This document shows, piece after piece, positions 1 through 13,100 of a stretch of DNA of 41,949 nucleotides. A program made the translations under genes and the position numbers. The DNA lies in the NCBI RefSeq assembly GCF_001186125.1, contig NW_014040450.1, positions 81,609-123,557 of the forward strand. Reading direction: 5' to 3'. Source of the DNA: Sphaeroforma arctica JP610. Lineage: Eukaryota. The stretch's first letter is position 1, and every line of letters starts with the position of its first letter. The notes under the pieces are model-generated. The model saw only the letters and a program-made list of their open reading frames with translations, had not been told where the DNA came from and ran no database searches.

Positions 1-42
1 TGTGTGTGTGTGTGTGTGTAGTGTGTGTGTGTGTGGTGGGTG

Positions 43-73
<31 letters not shown>

Positions 74-245
74 CGTGTGTGTGTGTGTGTGTAGGGGTGC
101 GCGCGCGTGTGTGTGTGTGTGTTCATGTGTGTGCGCGTGTGTGTGTGCGTTTGTGTTTGTGTGTGTGTGCGTGCGTGTGTGCGTGTGTGCGTGTGTGTGT
201 GAGTGTGTGAGTGTATGTGTGTGTGTGTATGTGTGTCTGTGTGTG
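1..245. repeat. (GT)n microsatellite
   Basis: Imperfect TG dinucleotide run visible directly. Confidence 0.95.
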
Positions 246-344
246 TCGCTTATAGAATGCTTTGTATCCGTAACTCGGGCACAGTCAAGCCACTCCATCC
301 ATAGAGGAAGTCGAAAGAGATCCCCAAACCCCATCTCGAAATGT

Positions 345-1244
345 CTACATGATGTACCGCTGGTGGTATTGTTTTGCGGCTTCTTCTTCGCACATTTCTT
401 CAGATTCTTCCTCCAGAGATAAGAAAGCTTCAAACGACCCTAGTGTGTCTACACCGGCGACAACAAAGCCCTTCGACTTCCGGACATTCCATTCGTCCTT
501 AATTTCTTCCGAATCCAGCGAAGAGTTTGCATTGAACTCTTCAAGATCAGCAAAATTGGCATCACTTTTCTTGTCGCTTCTACTGATGAAACTGTCATTA
601 GTAGGAACATCTGTGACCGTATGAATGGGTACTGTGTCGCCAATTCTCTTGGGGAATTTAATGTCATTCACACGATCAGTGCCTCGAGAAGCGTCGCCGA
701 TCCTGAGCAAAAACTCTCTAATTGAATCCTCTCGGGGGCCAAATTTTACGACAGAATGATACTCAGTTTCGGTCTGAGCATCACTCGCCTTCAAATCTCT
801 TTTCTTGTCACCTCTGCTGCTGAAACTGTTACTAGCGGGAGCATCTTCGACTGTACGGATAGGTCCTGTGTCGCCAATCTTTACTGGGAGTTTACTGCCA
901 TTCAAAAAATCAGTGCCTTGGGAACCGTCGCCGATCCTATCCAGATATTCAGTGCTGGGAATGCCGTTGTCATGGCCGAAATCTACGATTGTATGGTCCC
1001 GTACTTTACGAACAAATTCTGCCTGGAGATCTCTGCCACCTGTGCCTTGGGTGACATTGTCAACTTTAATCTCGATAAGAGTAACAGTTTCGTATGTTAC
1101 GGCCGTGTCGATTGGAGAAAAAACCCGTCTAATGGCTCTGTTAATACGCATCCGATTTTGTCTGTTCACAATTGATTTTTGCGCTGCTAGTACCACTGCG
1201 ACAAAGGCCGCGAGGACTAAGAAGTACTGCATAGTAGAGTTCAT
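345..1244 (-). CDS. Intronless 299-aa predicted secreted protein with two ~66-aa internal repeats and an acidic C-terminus; function unknown
   Basis: Long ORF with a signal-peptide-like N-terminus ([17 protein letters not shown]). aa 84-150 and aa 163-228 are repeats of each other (RIGD..RIGD..SRxDKK). A TATATAA lies upstream at 1305-1311. Confidence 0.75.
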   Translation of the reverse strand: MNSTMQYFLVLAAFVAVVLAAQKSIVNRQNRMRINRAIRRVFSPIDTAVTYETVTLIEIKVDNVTQGTGGRDLQAEFVRKVRDHTIVDFGHDNGIPSTEYLDRIGDGSQGTDFLNGSKLPVKIGDTGPIRTVEDAPASNSFSSRGDKKRDLKASDAQTETEYHSVVKFGPREDSIREFLLRIGDASRGTDRVNDIKFPKRIGDTVPIHTVTDVPTNDSFISRSDKKSDANFADLEEFNANSSLDSEEIKDEWNVRKSKGFVVAGVDTLGSFEAFLSLEEESEEMCEEEAAKQYHQRYIM

Positions 1245-1304
1245 GCTAGTTGAAATTGTTTCGCTATTGTATGAGTGATTTCATTTATGAACTTTTTTTC
1301 TTCA

Positions 1305-1311
1305 TTATATA
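1305..1311 (-). promoter_or_regulatory. Candidate TATA box for the 345-1244 gene
   Basis: TATATAA on the - strand ~60 nt upstream of the ATG, with an Inr-like TCACTCA at 1272-1278. Confidence 0.4.
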
Positions 1312-2047
1312 CTACTATTTAGAATATTAGGCTTTGGTTTACCCCTCGGAAATATCCTATCCACATATATCACGGGCCTCTGGATTAGGGTCGCGAGCAG
1401 AAATCAGGTTCCGTCGTAGCGTAAATCGTGAATCTAGCAGAGACTCTATTCAGAGGGCCGTGCATATATGTATATATAAAATATATTCACGGTTTATGAC
1501 AAATTGATAATAGATAATAGCCAAAATGAACAGATGGTGTAAAGTATTATCGGATTGGCGCTTGAAGTTATGGGAAGAATAGTTATTGGTGCTTATTTCA
1601 GTTGCTTGGGTAACATTTTTGCTGTCCCCCAGCAAGCAGTGAGGCAGCAATAGCAGTAGCTGGCTATTTTTCAAATTAAGGCGACCCGATGGCCAATCAG
1701 GCAATCAGTCAATCACCCAAACTTGGTAAATTTAAAATTATGAGTCGAACCGTGCTTGTTGCTTCGCTGCTGCTGTGTATTATTTTTACTTTAAGAAAAT
1801 TCAAAATTGAAAATAATTTTTATCACGTATTGATCCCTATTGGCCCTTTGTTTTCTGCTTTCGCAGGCAAACAATGGGTATGCCGGTATGGTGCACAGAC
1901 GTCAGAGCGTCAAACCAGTGGACGACAGTGCACACTGGTGAGATCATTTCTATCATCGCGATGCTGTTGACCTGCTGTAGGCACCACATCAGCGTATCTG
2001 ACTATCTGTATCGATCATCGATATGCTCGGTATCTGATTTATACATG

Positions 2048-2472
2048 TTCAGTTAATTATTATTATCTTCGCCAATTATAATATCTGTCTGTCGATTCTT
2101 TTACGCGTGCGTGTGCTCAAATACTGTATCAGCTGTGGCCGCGAAAACCTGAGTTCAGTTTATTGTTATTATCTTCGTCAATTATAATATCTGTCTGTCG
2201 ATTCTTCTACGAGTGCTTGTGCTCAAATACTGTATAAACTGTGGCCGCGGAAGCCTGCGTTCAGTTTATTGTTATTATCTTCGCCAATTATGATATCTGT
2301 CTGTCGATTTTTTTACGCGTACGTGTGCTCAAATACTGTAATAGCTGTGGTGAACATGCGGCCGCGGAAGCATGAGTTCAGTTTATTTTTACTATCTTCA
2401 CCAATTATAATACCTGTCTGTCGATTCCGTATGCTCAAATACTGTATTAGCTATGGCCGCGGAAGCCTGAGC
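2048..2472. repeat. Intergenic tandem repeat, ~105-117 bp unit, ~4 copies
   Basis: Recurring TTCAGTT..ATTATCTTCGCCAATTATAATATCTGTCTGTCGATT..GCTCAAATACTGTA..GGCCGCG. Confidence 0.9.
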
Positions 2473-3065
2473 TAACAACTTTATAGGTTAATATTTAAAA
2501 TATGATACTATTTACGAGCGTAAGTATGCATACATTGTGCTAGATTGACAGAAAACACAAATTTGAACATTAATAGGGCATGCTTCACATTGTACGGCAC
2601 TATTACCACAATATTGCATTGGTCATACAAGCATTGATATGGGGTGTACTTATTTTATTGTACAGTTATCAACGAAGACTCCATTACCTAAGCTAAGCTT
2701 ATTTAGATGTAGAACCTCTCACCAGTATGTTCGGCATATAGTGTAGCTACTCACGCGAGAGTAAATATACACAATATAATCGAAGGAGATTGAGTGATGT
2801 ACACCACTGCTGATACTACTTCCGATAGTAACACAGGCATCAATTGGATGTCATCTAATGAATTAAAATTAAAATTCGCTGGGTCATAGATTTCACAGTC
2901 ACAGATAGCAAACGGCACATTACATATGAACTTTGTTACTAACGCTTCGATGGGAAAAATGGACTTCGTCATATGATTTCCCGTAGCCATTGCATGGTTT
3001 AAATTGTGCATGGGTGTGCAAATTCATAGGGAAGGAAACGTGAACAAGTATTTATAGGTACTTAC

Positions 3066-3629
3066 GGTAATCGCTCCGTGCATCTCGGGCGAACCCCAGA
3101 TACGTCCTTCACTACACTGTGTCAACGCTCTGAGCTCCGGAACCTGGATGAGAAATACGATCCGTAGTTAGCAGACAGACTTTATTGTAGGTGATGCAGC
3201 TAGAAATAAACAGCTATAATCTGATAAGCATCAGGGATACTACTTCGTATACAAAATGCATGTGTTTCTTATTTAAAACCGAATAGTAGAACTGTATGTA
3301 CACAAAAACACATAAAACCATGCGAATACCACCGAGTTTCTGTAATCAGTACGAGAGAGACATTACGATGCCACCTACCTTGAGAGTTTCTGCAATTAGT
3401 ACGAGAGAGACATTACGATGCCACCTACCTTGAGAAATTTCTCTAGGGTAGGATCACGCACAGGCAGCCTACTCGGGTTGAAGATACGTACATCACAATC
3501 CATGCGCTTAAGCAAACGTGCAGTCTCATACGCACATTTACGGGCAAAACTACTCTCGCGCAAAGATCCGTACAAGACTAAAATCCTGGGCTTGTGTTCT
3601 ATTGTTGCTCCTGAGAAATGCATAGCCAT
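3066..3629 (-). pseudogene. arsH: ArsH-like (NADPH-dependent FMN reductase, arsenic resistance family) gene; two exons 3629-3429 and 3143-3066; C-terminal half not found
   Basis: Exon 1 encodes HKPRILVLYGSLRESSFARKCAYETARLL...VRIFNPSRLP, then AAG|GTAGGT. Exon 2, after CAG|, encodes VPELRALTQCSEGRIWGSPEMHGAIT, then |GTAAGT. These match the ArsH motifs ILxLYGSLR and ELR..WSEG.VW.SPE.HGA. I found no IDWIPL, RPTQG or GRWMR exon downstream by eye. Confidence 0.75.
3334..3435. repeat. 50-bp tandem duplication that includes the arsH exon-1 donor site
   Basis: The unit occurs at 3334 and 3384. On the - strand both copies contain TCTCAAG|GTAGGT. Confidence 0.9.
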
Positions 3630-3695
3630 ATTGGTGAAAAGATTCTGGGATAAGAACGAAGCGAAAAACTCGTATTTTGTGCAATACGGCATACT

Positions 3696-3703
3696 TATTT
3701 ATA
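3696..3703 (-). promoter_or_regulatory. Candidate TATA box of the arsH-like gene
   Basis: TATAAATA on the - strand ~67 nt upstream of ATG 3629. This argues that the ORF-track start at 3692 is not the real start. Confidence 0.4.
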
Positions 3704-4450
3704 GTACCGTGCTTACTTGTTCAATTGCTCTGGTCCTATGCTTTTTTATCATAGCCATAGCGGTATTGCCTCCTCCTCCTCCTACATAATAAAACAAAGA
3801 AAGAACACAAAACCCTAAACTTTAAAATAGTGCAAGTGGCTATTATTCTGGCGGGCTTTGTGCTGTGCGTTTTTTGGCGGGCTTTCCTATTGTTCGTCAG
3901 ATTTATTTGTCATTTCGTATTTATTTTTTGTTGAAAAAGAAACCTACGGGCTACGGCTACGTGCTGTCACCGTGTACTATTTACAAATTTTATTTACATA
4001 GGTCTCTTGGTAGAGATATATTAAACAAAAGATATAAAAGTTTTATATCTAGTAGACCGTCAGTACTAATACTATCGTGTGCTGTATGTATTGCCGCACT
4101 GTCACACTGTGAAGGTTAGTGTCACTCGAAGTGCACACAACTACTAGTGCAGCTGTGTAAGGTTAGTTGCGCTGCCTGTTTAAGACCCTACTGACAACGG
4201 CTTGTGGACGTCAAGGGTTGCATTGAAACGCGATCGTACGTCTTTGCAACAGGTTAGAAAGACAAAGAATTTCACATACATAGCCATAGGGTCCACTCAG
4301 CAATACGTTATTTAAATACAAGCAATGCCGTGCGAAAGGGGTCAGGACCAGACAGTCGCACGCACGCCCAACCCTCATAATATGCACGTGTGCGAGAGAT
4401 AAAGTTTTCTAACGCTCTGTGACTCTCGTGTCAGCGCAACGTTAAACGCC

Positions 4451-4741
4451 ATGAGTTCAGCAAAGATAGACAGTCTACGCAAACGCATTGCATCTGCACG
4501 GGCGGCGGGGAAAGAGACCCGTGAGGCAGAGCTGTGTTTTGAGATAGGCGAACTACTCAGAGCTAAAGAGAATTTTGCAGAGGCTGTTGATTACTTCGAA
4601 CGACATGCACATCTGAGTGAAAAGGCTTGGCAATCGTTGCCTACATCCTCCACGCTTGCTAAGGAGTATGCCTTGGCGTGCCGACTGGTGGGTGATTGCT
4701 ACTCGGGTCTTGCAAGGTATTGTACGCATATATATATATAC

Positions 4742-4772
<31 letters not shown>

Positions 4773-7700
4773 TGTATGTATGTATGTATANNNNNNNNNN
4801 NNNNNNNNNNCTCCTTGTTCGATGTGCATGTAGTAGTCCAATATAATACCTGTACGTGTATATACCATGTAAGGTGAGGAGGCTTGGCTATCGTTGCCTG
4901 CAGCGCACAGACTGGCTAAGAAGTATATATTGGCATATCATTTCGTGGGCGTTTGCTTTTTTGAGCCCAGACACATCGAACAAATATATCATACAATACC
5001 TTTCATATGACATATATATATATATATGGTGTGTCTGTGTATGTAGCAGACTATGAGTTTCAGACTGCCATTGCATTGCACTGTCTTCTTCCTGCAACCT
5101 CCATAGTACCGTCTTTGGTAGCTGAGTTAGTAGAATACGCCACATAGCTCTCCAGTTGTGCAGCTCACTCCCTCAGCTCCCCTTGCAACATACCTAGTAC
5201 GTACCACTCAGCAGGCGCACTCAAGCGCTGGCTTTAAATACACTGGCCACGGGTATGAGATCATAGCCTGTACACGCTGTAACCGACAACAACGTACATA
5301 CCTATATACTACCATACCTTGATCTCACACACAGTGTACATTAGTACAGACGACTAACAAGTTGTTCCTTGCCTCGAATGGGCCTCGTGAGAGCCACGGG
5401 CGGGTTGGGTTTAGGGTTTGGGGTGTATGTGCAGGTTCCTTGTGTGGGGCGCTCAGATCCATCCATACTATATGTACACTCCACGAACCTCGTATGAATT
5501 CAAAACACATCATACTACATACGTTGGTATATTGCAGTCTATAGCATCACTGTGTATATGTTCTCATGCACGGGTTGTATCGATGACTATGAATGTACGT
5601 AGTGGATTACACTCGAAGTCATAAGACCTGCTGTAGCATCACTGTGTATATGTACACATGCACAAAGTGTATCGATGACTATAAATTTACGTAGTGGATT
5701 ACACTCGAAGTCATAAGACCTGCTGTAGCATCACTGTGTGTATGTACACATGCGCAGCTTGTATTGATGACTATGAATGTGCTCATTGCATCACTTCGCT
5801 TGATGCTGCTTGTACAACATCTCGCACTCACTCGTAGTGCCGACGTTTGGCGTACGCACCCACACACTGCTGTACAAACACGTGAGTGACGTACTAACCT
5901 ATCGGCAATAGCGTGGGCTGGTTGTTAGCTTCTGTAACCAGTTCGATGTGTGCGTACGCAGGAAGGTACACCACAGGGACTGTATACACACTGTTCATAT
6001 GTCTGCCCTACTCTGCGCCATACACACACACACACATACACACACATACACACGTACATGCATACATACACATACACATCATTTGGCGTGGTATGGACGG
6101 TCGCCTGTATCACGCTCACTAGCAAGAACTCATTTGTGTCACGTGTTGTCTCAGATTTGAGGAGGCGATTGACTACAACAAGAAGTATCTTGGCGTGGCG
6201 AAGAAGATGAAGAACCGTGCTATGGAACAGGAGGCCATGCAGACCTTAGGCAATGTGTACCTGGATAGGTAGGATATACCTTTATGTGTACCTGGACAAG
6301 TAAGATATATCTTTATATGTACCTGGACAGGTAGGACATATCTTTATGTGTACCTGGACAGGTAGGATATATCTTATGTGTACCTGGACAGGTAGGATAT
6401 ATCTTTATATATGTACCTGGACAGGTAGGATATATCTTTATATGTACCTGGACAGGTAGGATATATCTTTATGTGTACCTGGACAGGTAGGATATATCTT
6501 TATGTGTATCTGGACAGGTAGGTATCTTTATATGTACCGCAGTGCGACGTGTTATTGAGAATTACTAACATTGGTCCTAGAGCCAGAGGTGCTACGTCTG
6601 ATTGTATGCTTGCGAAGGGTTATGCCTATATGGAACGGGCTGTAGACATATGTGTGTACAGTTGGGTTGGGTCTTAGTACGAGCGTAACATGTATCATTT
6701 TATACACAACAACAACAACCCTGCAGAGAGTTAGCAGTACCATTATGTATAGTACTACACCTATACCAACACCGTATAAGCTATATCCACGGTATGACTA
6801 TTGCAGTGGTTTATTTCACACTCTTTGAGTGCGACTGACAGAGAAACATTGTACACACTACATCGCTGTGGCAGTACGAGGCATGGTTGTGATAGTACTG
6901 CGGGGGTTCTGGATGCTTGTTAAAAAGCACGCTCTTGCACTAGAGTGGGAATGGAGATGTCTGTATATGGCTGTGGTGGATTCATATTCCATTGAGCTGA
7001 AGTATTCGGACACGCATATGACCAGTATATAGTTATCTATTCGCAGTTAACCCGCTTGACTACCGTGTGGTTACCATGACATGTGTCAATCATAGGTTGA
7101 CATTCATAAGGGCTTGTCTGACAGACGCTGCACACCCCATGAGTCGGGCAGTACCTACCACACCCACGGCTGGGGCGTGTTTGTCAGTTGTTACCTATCA
7201 AGGGTGAGCTCACTTTAGGTATACCTCCACTATCGTAACCGCCCTTGTGACGACCTGCTTTGCCCCCCCCCCTCCCCCCCCCCCGCAGATCGCGCGACAA
7301 CCAGGACGCCTCCAAAGCAGAGGTTGCGTACCGCAAATGCCTTCAGCTGGTCGATCGGTTGACCTCAGAGATGCAGCCGTTCGATATCTCAGACAAGCGC
7401 TGTCGGCTGTACTATAACCTGTGCCAAGTGACTAAGATACGCATGAAGTTCGAGGCGCAGAAGAGCGGCGAAGCGGGAGATGGCGATACGGATTCGGCAA
7501 GGACAACACGGAACGGTGTGATCACTTGGCTTACTTGCGGTGCTTGGTGTCTATGATAGCAAGGACGACTGTTTCCGATAGCACAACTTGCTTACTGGGA
7601 ATGTGGGGTGTTCTAGTAGAAGTTGAGGCTGTGTAGATAGTGGTGTTCCCATGCTCGCTTCTGGCTGTAGTTGGGTATTTATAACATGTCTATCTGTACC

Positions 7701-10063
7701 TTTTCACTATTGGTGAGGAGCACTGCATCACCACTACTACACCCATACACAACGTAGCCTTTAGACCACTCTTTAACTATATAACTGACACACCCTTAAC
7801 TATATAACTGACACACTCTTTAACTATATAACTGACACACTCTTTAACTATACAACTGACACACTCTTGGATAGTAGTTTCATGGCGAATGTGAGCATCC
7901 AAGATTAGAAGCATACTCAAATGGTCCCCATGTAGCCGTTGGCAGCTTCTCTGTGTAGTGTTTATGCTGTGAGTATGGGATAATGAACCCGTCGACAGAC
8001 ATGTGTATGTCGATTAAAACACGCTCACATGCTGCCAGCTGTAGAATCAACGGCGATGTTGCAACTCACAACCGGTGCCTACTACCTCTACCAACTGTGT
8101 CACTAACTGTGTCACTAACTGTGTCACTAACTGTGTCACTAACTGTGTCACCAACTGTGTCACCAACTGTGTCACCAACTTTGTCACTAACTGTGTCACT
8201 AACTATGTCATTAACTGTGTCACCAACTGTGTCACTAACTATGTCACTAACTGTGTCACCAACTGTGTCACTAACTGTGTCACTAACTGTGTCACTAATA
8301 ACTGTGTCACTAACTGTGTCACTAACTGTGTCACTAACTGTGTCACCAACTGTGTCAGGTGCGAGTCAGTTGGAGGAGTACTGTGAGAAGGCGATCAAGT
8401 GCAGCACACTGGGCCACAATGTGGATATCCGTGTGCAGTCTATGGTGTTGTTAGCCGAAACCTATTACCAGACCGATAGGCCGGATGAGGCTAAGGCAAT
8501 GGTATGGTATTGTATGGTATGGGATTGTATGGCATGGTATTGTATGGTATTGTATGGTATGGTTCCCATGGGTGAGCAGATGTTACGCGGATGCATTTGT
8601 TGCTGTAGGGTGTGTATGGTGGCAGGCTAGACTATATAGGTGTGTCAGGAGGTGAAGACTTGACCCACACGAGTACAGCGCTGTGGATGGATACCATGCT
8701 CAACGCATATCACCACAATATATCTACAATGTACACGCACGCTCTGACCAGCAAGTATGGGAGCATCACTGGAAGTATGTATATGAACGCCTGCTTTAGT
8801 TCTGATAGGCCCCTATCGAAGGGGATCACAGGGTAACGTACCACAAAAACACGCGGAGACGCAACACCGGATGTGAAGTACACCACACCGACCAGAGCAC
8901 ACACTCATTGTACATCGCAACGTCTTCATCACAGAGCTTACATCACAATGTTGTCACCACAACGGCTTCATCACAGAGTTTACATCACAATGTACTCACC
9001 ACAACGGCTCCAACACAGAATTTACATCACAATGTTGTCACCACAACGGCTTCATCACAGAGTTTACATCACAATGTACTCACAACAACGGCTTCATCAC
9101 AGAGTTTGCATCACAATGTTCTCACCACAACTGCTTCATCACAATGTTCACATCACAATGTTGTCACCACAATGGCTTCATCACAGAGTTTACATCACAA
9201 TGTACTCACTGCAACTGCTTCATCACAATGTTCACATCACAACTAGTTTGAGGATGCTTTGGAGCCTGCGCGGACAATCAAGGACAGCGCAGTCAGAAGT
9301 CTGCAGATGGTGGGTCATGTAAAGTATATTCTCTCGTGTCCTCCCACAACCGTTGTAGCCACAGGATTCTCTATGCAGCATGAGTTGATATGTTATGTAT
9401 TGTACTCCATGTTGTTTGAGCTGCCGTAATGCTACGCTGTTCTATCCAGCACATCGGCTGTGTGCACATTATGCTAAAACCCTGAACCCTTAAATCTAAC
9501 CCCTAAACCCTAAAACTCTAAACCCTAAATCCCTCAAACACTTGGTATGTTGCCTTCACTGTAACCTCGAGGCTCATGTTTATTTACTACTTAGTCCCTC
9601 AATGTGTTCAGATATGCATACAGTTTGATTTCTTTGTTTCTGTAGTACAAGTCGCGACTGTACGCGTGTGCTGCGCTGAGGTGAGACTTAGTTGGGTGCA
9701 TCAATAGAAAACTGTATCTGTGTTGGTTTATTAGGTCTGTGTTGGCCCACTGAGTCTGTACTGTTCCGCTGGGTCTGTGCCGGTGTTGCTACTTGACACT
9801 CACTCTCAGGCTTGCAATGACAAACAACTTCCAGAGTGTGGACTACCTCCTCATACTATTCTCTTCGAAACGCTTTTGGCGAACAAACAGAACGAATCCG
9901 TTCGTTTCCCCCCACCCCCACTACCCCATGAGAGTACCTCAGACCTATCATACTCATGCACATTGCTATACCGGTCGGGTATTGGGGGTGTTCGTATCGT
10001 CTCGACTGCGGCACTCTGGTGCTGATTTTTGCTCACCTTGCCTTACTTTAAACTAACATCTCT

Positions 10064-10101
<38 letters not shown>

Positions 10102-13100
10102 GTCTTCGCACATGTCGCATACAACGCAGTATCTCATATACGTTGGACTCGTCCAGATCGCAATGGCGAATGGAGTGCTATCAGCGCCTCCGGATAGCGA
10201 GGAGCGTGTGTGGGTGACCAAGCAATGCAAGAAAGCCTACCTGCTTACCAACCAGGTATGTGTATCCCTGTCATATGTCTCGCGAGAATGCGTGTGATCT
10301 AAGCACGATCTAGATATGTATGTACCTATGCATGTCGAAGTACACACTGTGCTCTGCGAGCATGTCGCATATTCAATTGGTACGCATCGAAGTACACACT
10401 GTGCTCTGCGAGCATGTCGCATATTCAATTGGTACGCATCGAAGTCCACACTGTGCTATGCGAGTATGTCGCATATTCAATTGGTACGTATCGAAATACA
10501 CACTGTGCTCTGGGAGTATGTCGCATATTCAATTGGTACGTATCGAAGTATACACTGTGCTCTGTGAGTATGTCGCATATGCAATTGGTACATATCAAAG
10601 TACACACTGTGCTCTGTGAATATGTCGCATATTCAATTGGTACGTATCGAAGTGTACACTGTGCTCTGTGAGTATGTCGCATATGCAATTGGTACATATC
10701 GAAGTACACACTGTGCTCTGCGACCATGTCGCATATGCACTGCTAGGACAGCTAGAACTCGCACGTGCTTTAAGCTTTGGGGTTTAGGGTTTTGTCCTAC
10801 TAGTCACACATAGCAAGTTACTAATTATAGGCTGGGGTTTAAAGGCTTTAGGGTTTAGAACCTCTGTCACCACATAGCTCGTTTCCCACCTGACGCACTA
10901 GATCTCATGGCCCCTAACTCAACTGCCATATACACAGCACACACGTACTTTTTGAATGGCCGCTGTATACACCTGGAGTCCACCTGAACCGATCAACTAT
11001 ATACACATAGCAACCATAAACTACATGCCATATAACTTACACACACAGTACAACTACCACTCATACTATGTACACAATATAGCTACAATACTACAACATA
11101 AATAAATTTTCAAGACTCGGCAGTCAAAGGTAAACCTCGCTTTCCCAACAGTGCAACCGACATTACATACACTCCGCCCACCCACCCCCTCCCCCTCTCA
11201 ATCACCAATCTACCCCCTATCACACCCCTCTCAACCACCAATCTACCCCCTATCACACCCTTCTCAACCACCAATCCACCCCCTGTCGCACTCCTCTCAA
11301 CCACCAATCCACCCCCTATCACTCACCTCTCAGCCATCAATCCACCCTCTATCGCACCCCTCTCAACCACCAATCCACCCCCTATCACACCCTTCTCAAC
11401 CACCAATCCACCCCATATCGCACCCTTCTCAACCACCAATCCACCCCCTGTCGAACCCCTCGCAACCACCAATCCACCCCCTATCACACCCTTCTCAACC
11501 ATCAATCCACCCCCTGTCGCAGGGGACCAACGAAGAGGTGCGTGCGCTGCAGTTGTATCGCCGATTGCGAGCGGATGATAAGATAGCCACCTTCAACACA
11601 CAGCTCCAGAGCATTGACCCTGAAGACACTCTGTTGCTGTTCAAAACCCACGAACGGTATGGCACGCAACTCTTTGTGGGAGGGCTGTGTGAATGTCTGT
11701 GTGTTGTTGTGTTTTAGTGCTAATGGGTCTCATGGTGTAGAGTGTGATTGCTGACTGTATGTGAGTGTGCTGTGTGCATGTCTGTGTATTGTTTTCATTG
11801 TGTATTATAGTGCTAATGGGTTTCATTGTGTAGAGTGTGTTTGCTGACTGTATGTGAGTGTGCTGTGTGCATGTCTGTGTATTGTTTTCATTGTGTATTA
11901 TAGTGCTAATGGGTTTCATTGTGTAGAGTGTGCTTTTTAGCTGTCTGTGATTTTGCGGTATGCATGTCAGTGTGTTGTTGGGTTGTAGTGCTAATGGGTC
12001 TCCTTGTATAGAGTGTGTTTGATAGCTGTCTGTGAGTGTGCTAGTGTGCGAGTCTGTGTATATTTGTGCTGTAGTGCTATTGGGTCTCATTGTATAGAGT
12101 GTGTTTGATAGCTGTCTGTGAGTGTGTGAGTGTACATGCCTGTGTATATTTGTGCTGTAGTGCCAATGGGCCTCATTGCGGAGAGTGCGTTTGATAGCTG
12201 TCTGTGCGTGTGATGTGTGCATGTGTTGTTGTACGATCTCATCTGTACAACCGCATCGTAACTACCATTATATCACATATACCACTCTGCGAGATGTCGT
12301 ATGTATACCTGTGTTCACTTCTGCCGGTAGACTTGTGCTCCTTTCTATATATTTTAGGGTTTTAGGGTTAGGGTTAGTTATAAGTGCTCTCTACAAGTGT
12401 GCAGTACACATCTCTGTGAAATTGCGATTTTGTGTGTTTGCTAGTACACTGTCCATGTTCCTTCGTGTGCTTGTCTTCCCTGATCTTTGTTCTAGTACTG
12501 TGTGCATGTAATCGACGGGCCACTCCCATACCACATACCCTTAGAGACGCATGCCTTAGAAGCACCGTGAGCGTATACTTCATGTGTTCATAACTTTTAT
12601 ACTCCAACGTTCGGTACTATGGATCTTCGTTCTAGTACTGTGTGCATGTAAGCGACGGGCCACCCCCATAACACACACCCTTAGAGACGCATGCCTTAGA
12701 AGCACCGTGAGCGTATATTATATGTGTTCATAACATATATACTCCAAAGTTCGGTACTATGGTCCTAGGCCCATCGTGTGCGGCTGGTATGGTTGTAGTA
12801 TAAGTGATATTGGAATGTCGTGATTTCAAGCGTTAAACAAACAAGTTGGGTGGAGCACAGTTACATAGGTCTCATTGCGTACGGCTGTTACTACAGTGAT
12901 GATGGTATCCGGTCACAGAGTGTATGTAGTATGTGTGTGGCGTGGCTGTGGTATTCAGGTACGGCACATTGGTTTGCGCGGTTCGTAGGAGTGATGGCTG
13001 TCAGTGCACAAGTACAACAGAGAAGGACAAACATACATGCAAAGTGACAAGCAACATGTCACACTCCCCATCTAACACCAGTTTCTCCGCTTCCTCTGCC

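Noticed and set aside
6..422. Cys/Val- or Tyr/Ile/His/Thr-rich ORFs (also 19048-20107, 23034-23539, 25812-26387)
   Set aside because: They are translations of (GT)n, (TA)n and (TATG)n microsatellites.
756..1278. Plus-strand ORFs 756-1175 and 805-1278
   Set aside because: They are antisense shadows of the 345-1244 gene.
2751..3011. Minus-strand 86-aa ORF as a possible arsH exon 3
   Set aside because: It has none of the expected ArsH motifs (IDWIPL, RPTQG, GSQSF, GRWMR).
7983..11717. Repeat-protein ORFs ([28 protein letters not shown]) and [10 protein letters not shown] at 32380-33047
   Set aside because: They are intronic minisatellites with unit lengths divisible by 3; only the embedded TONSL exons are coding.
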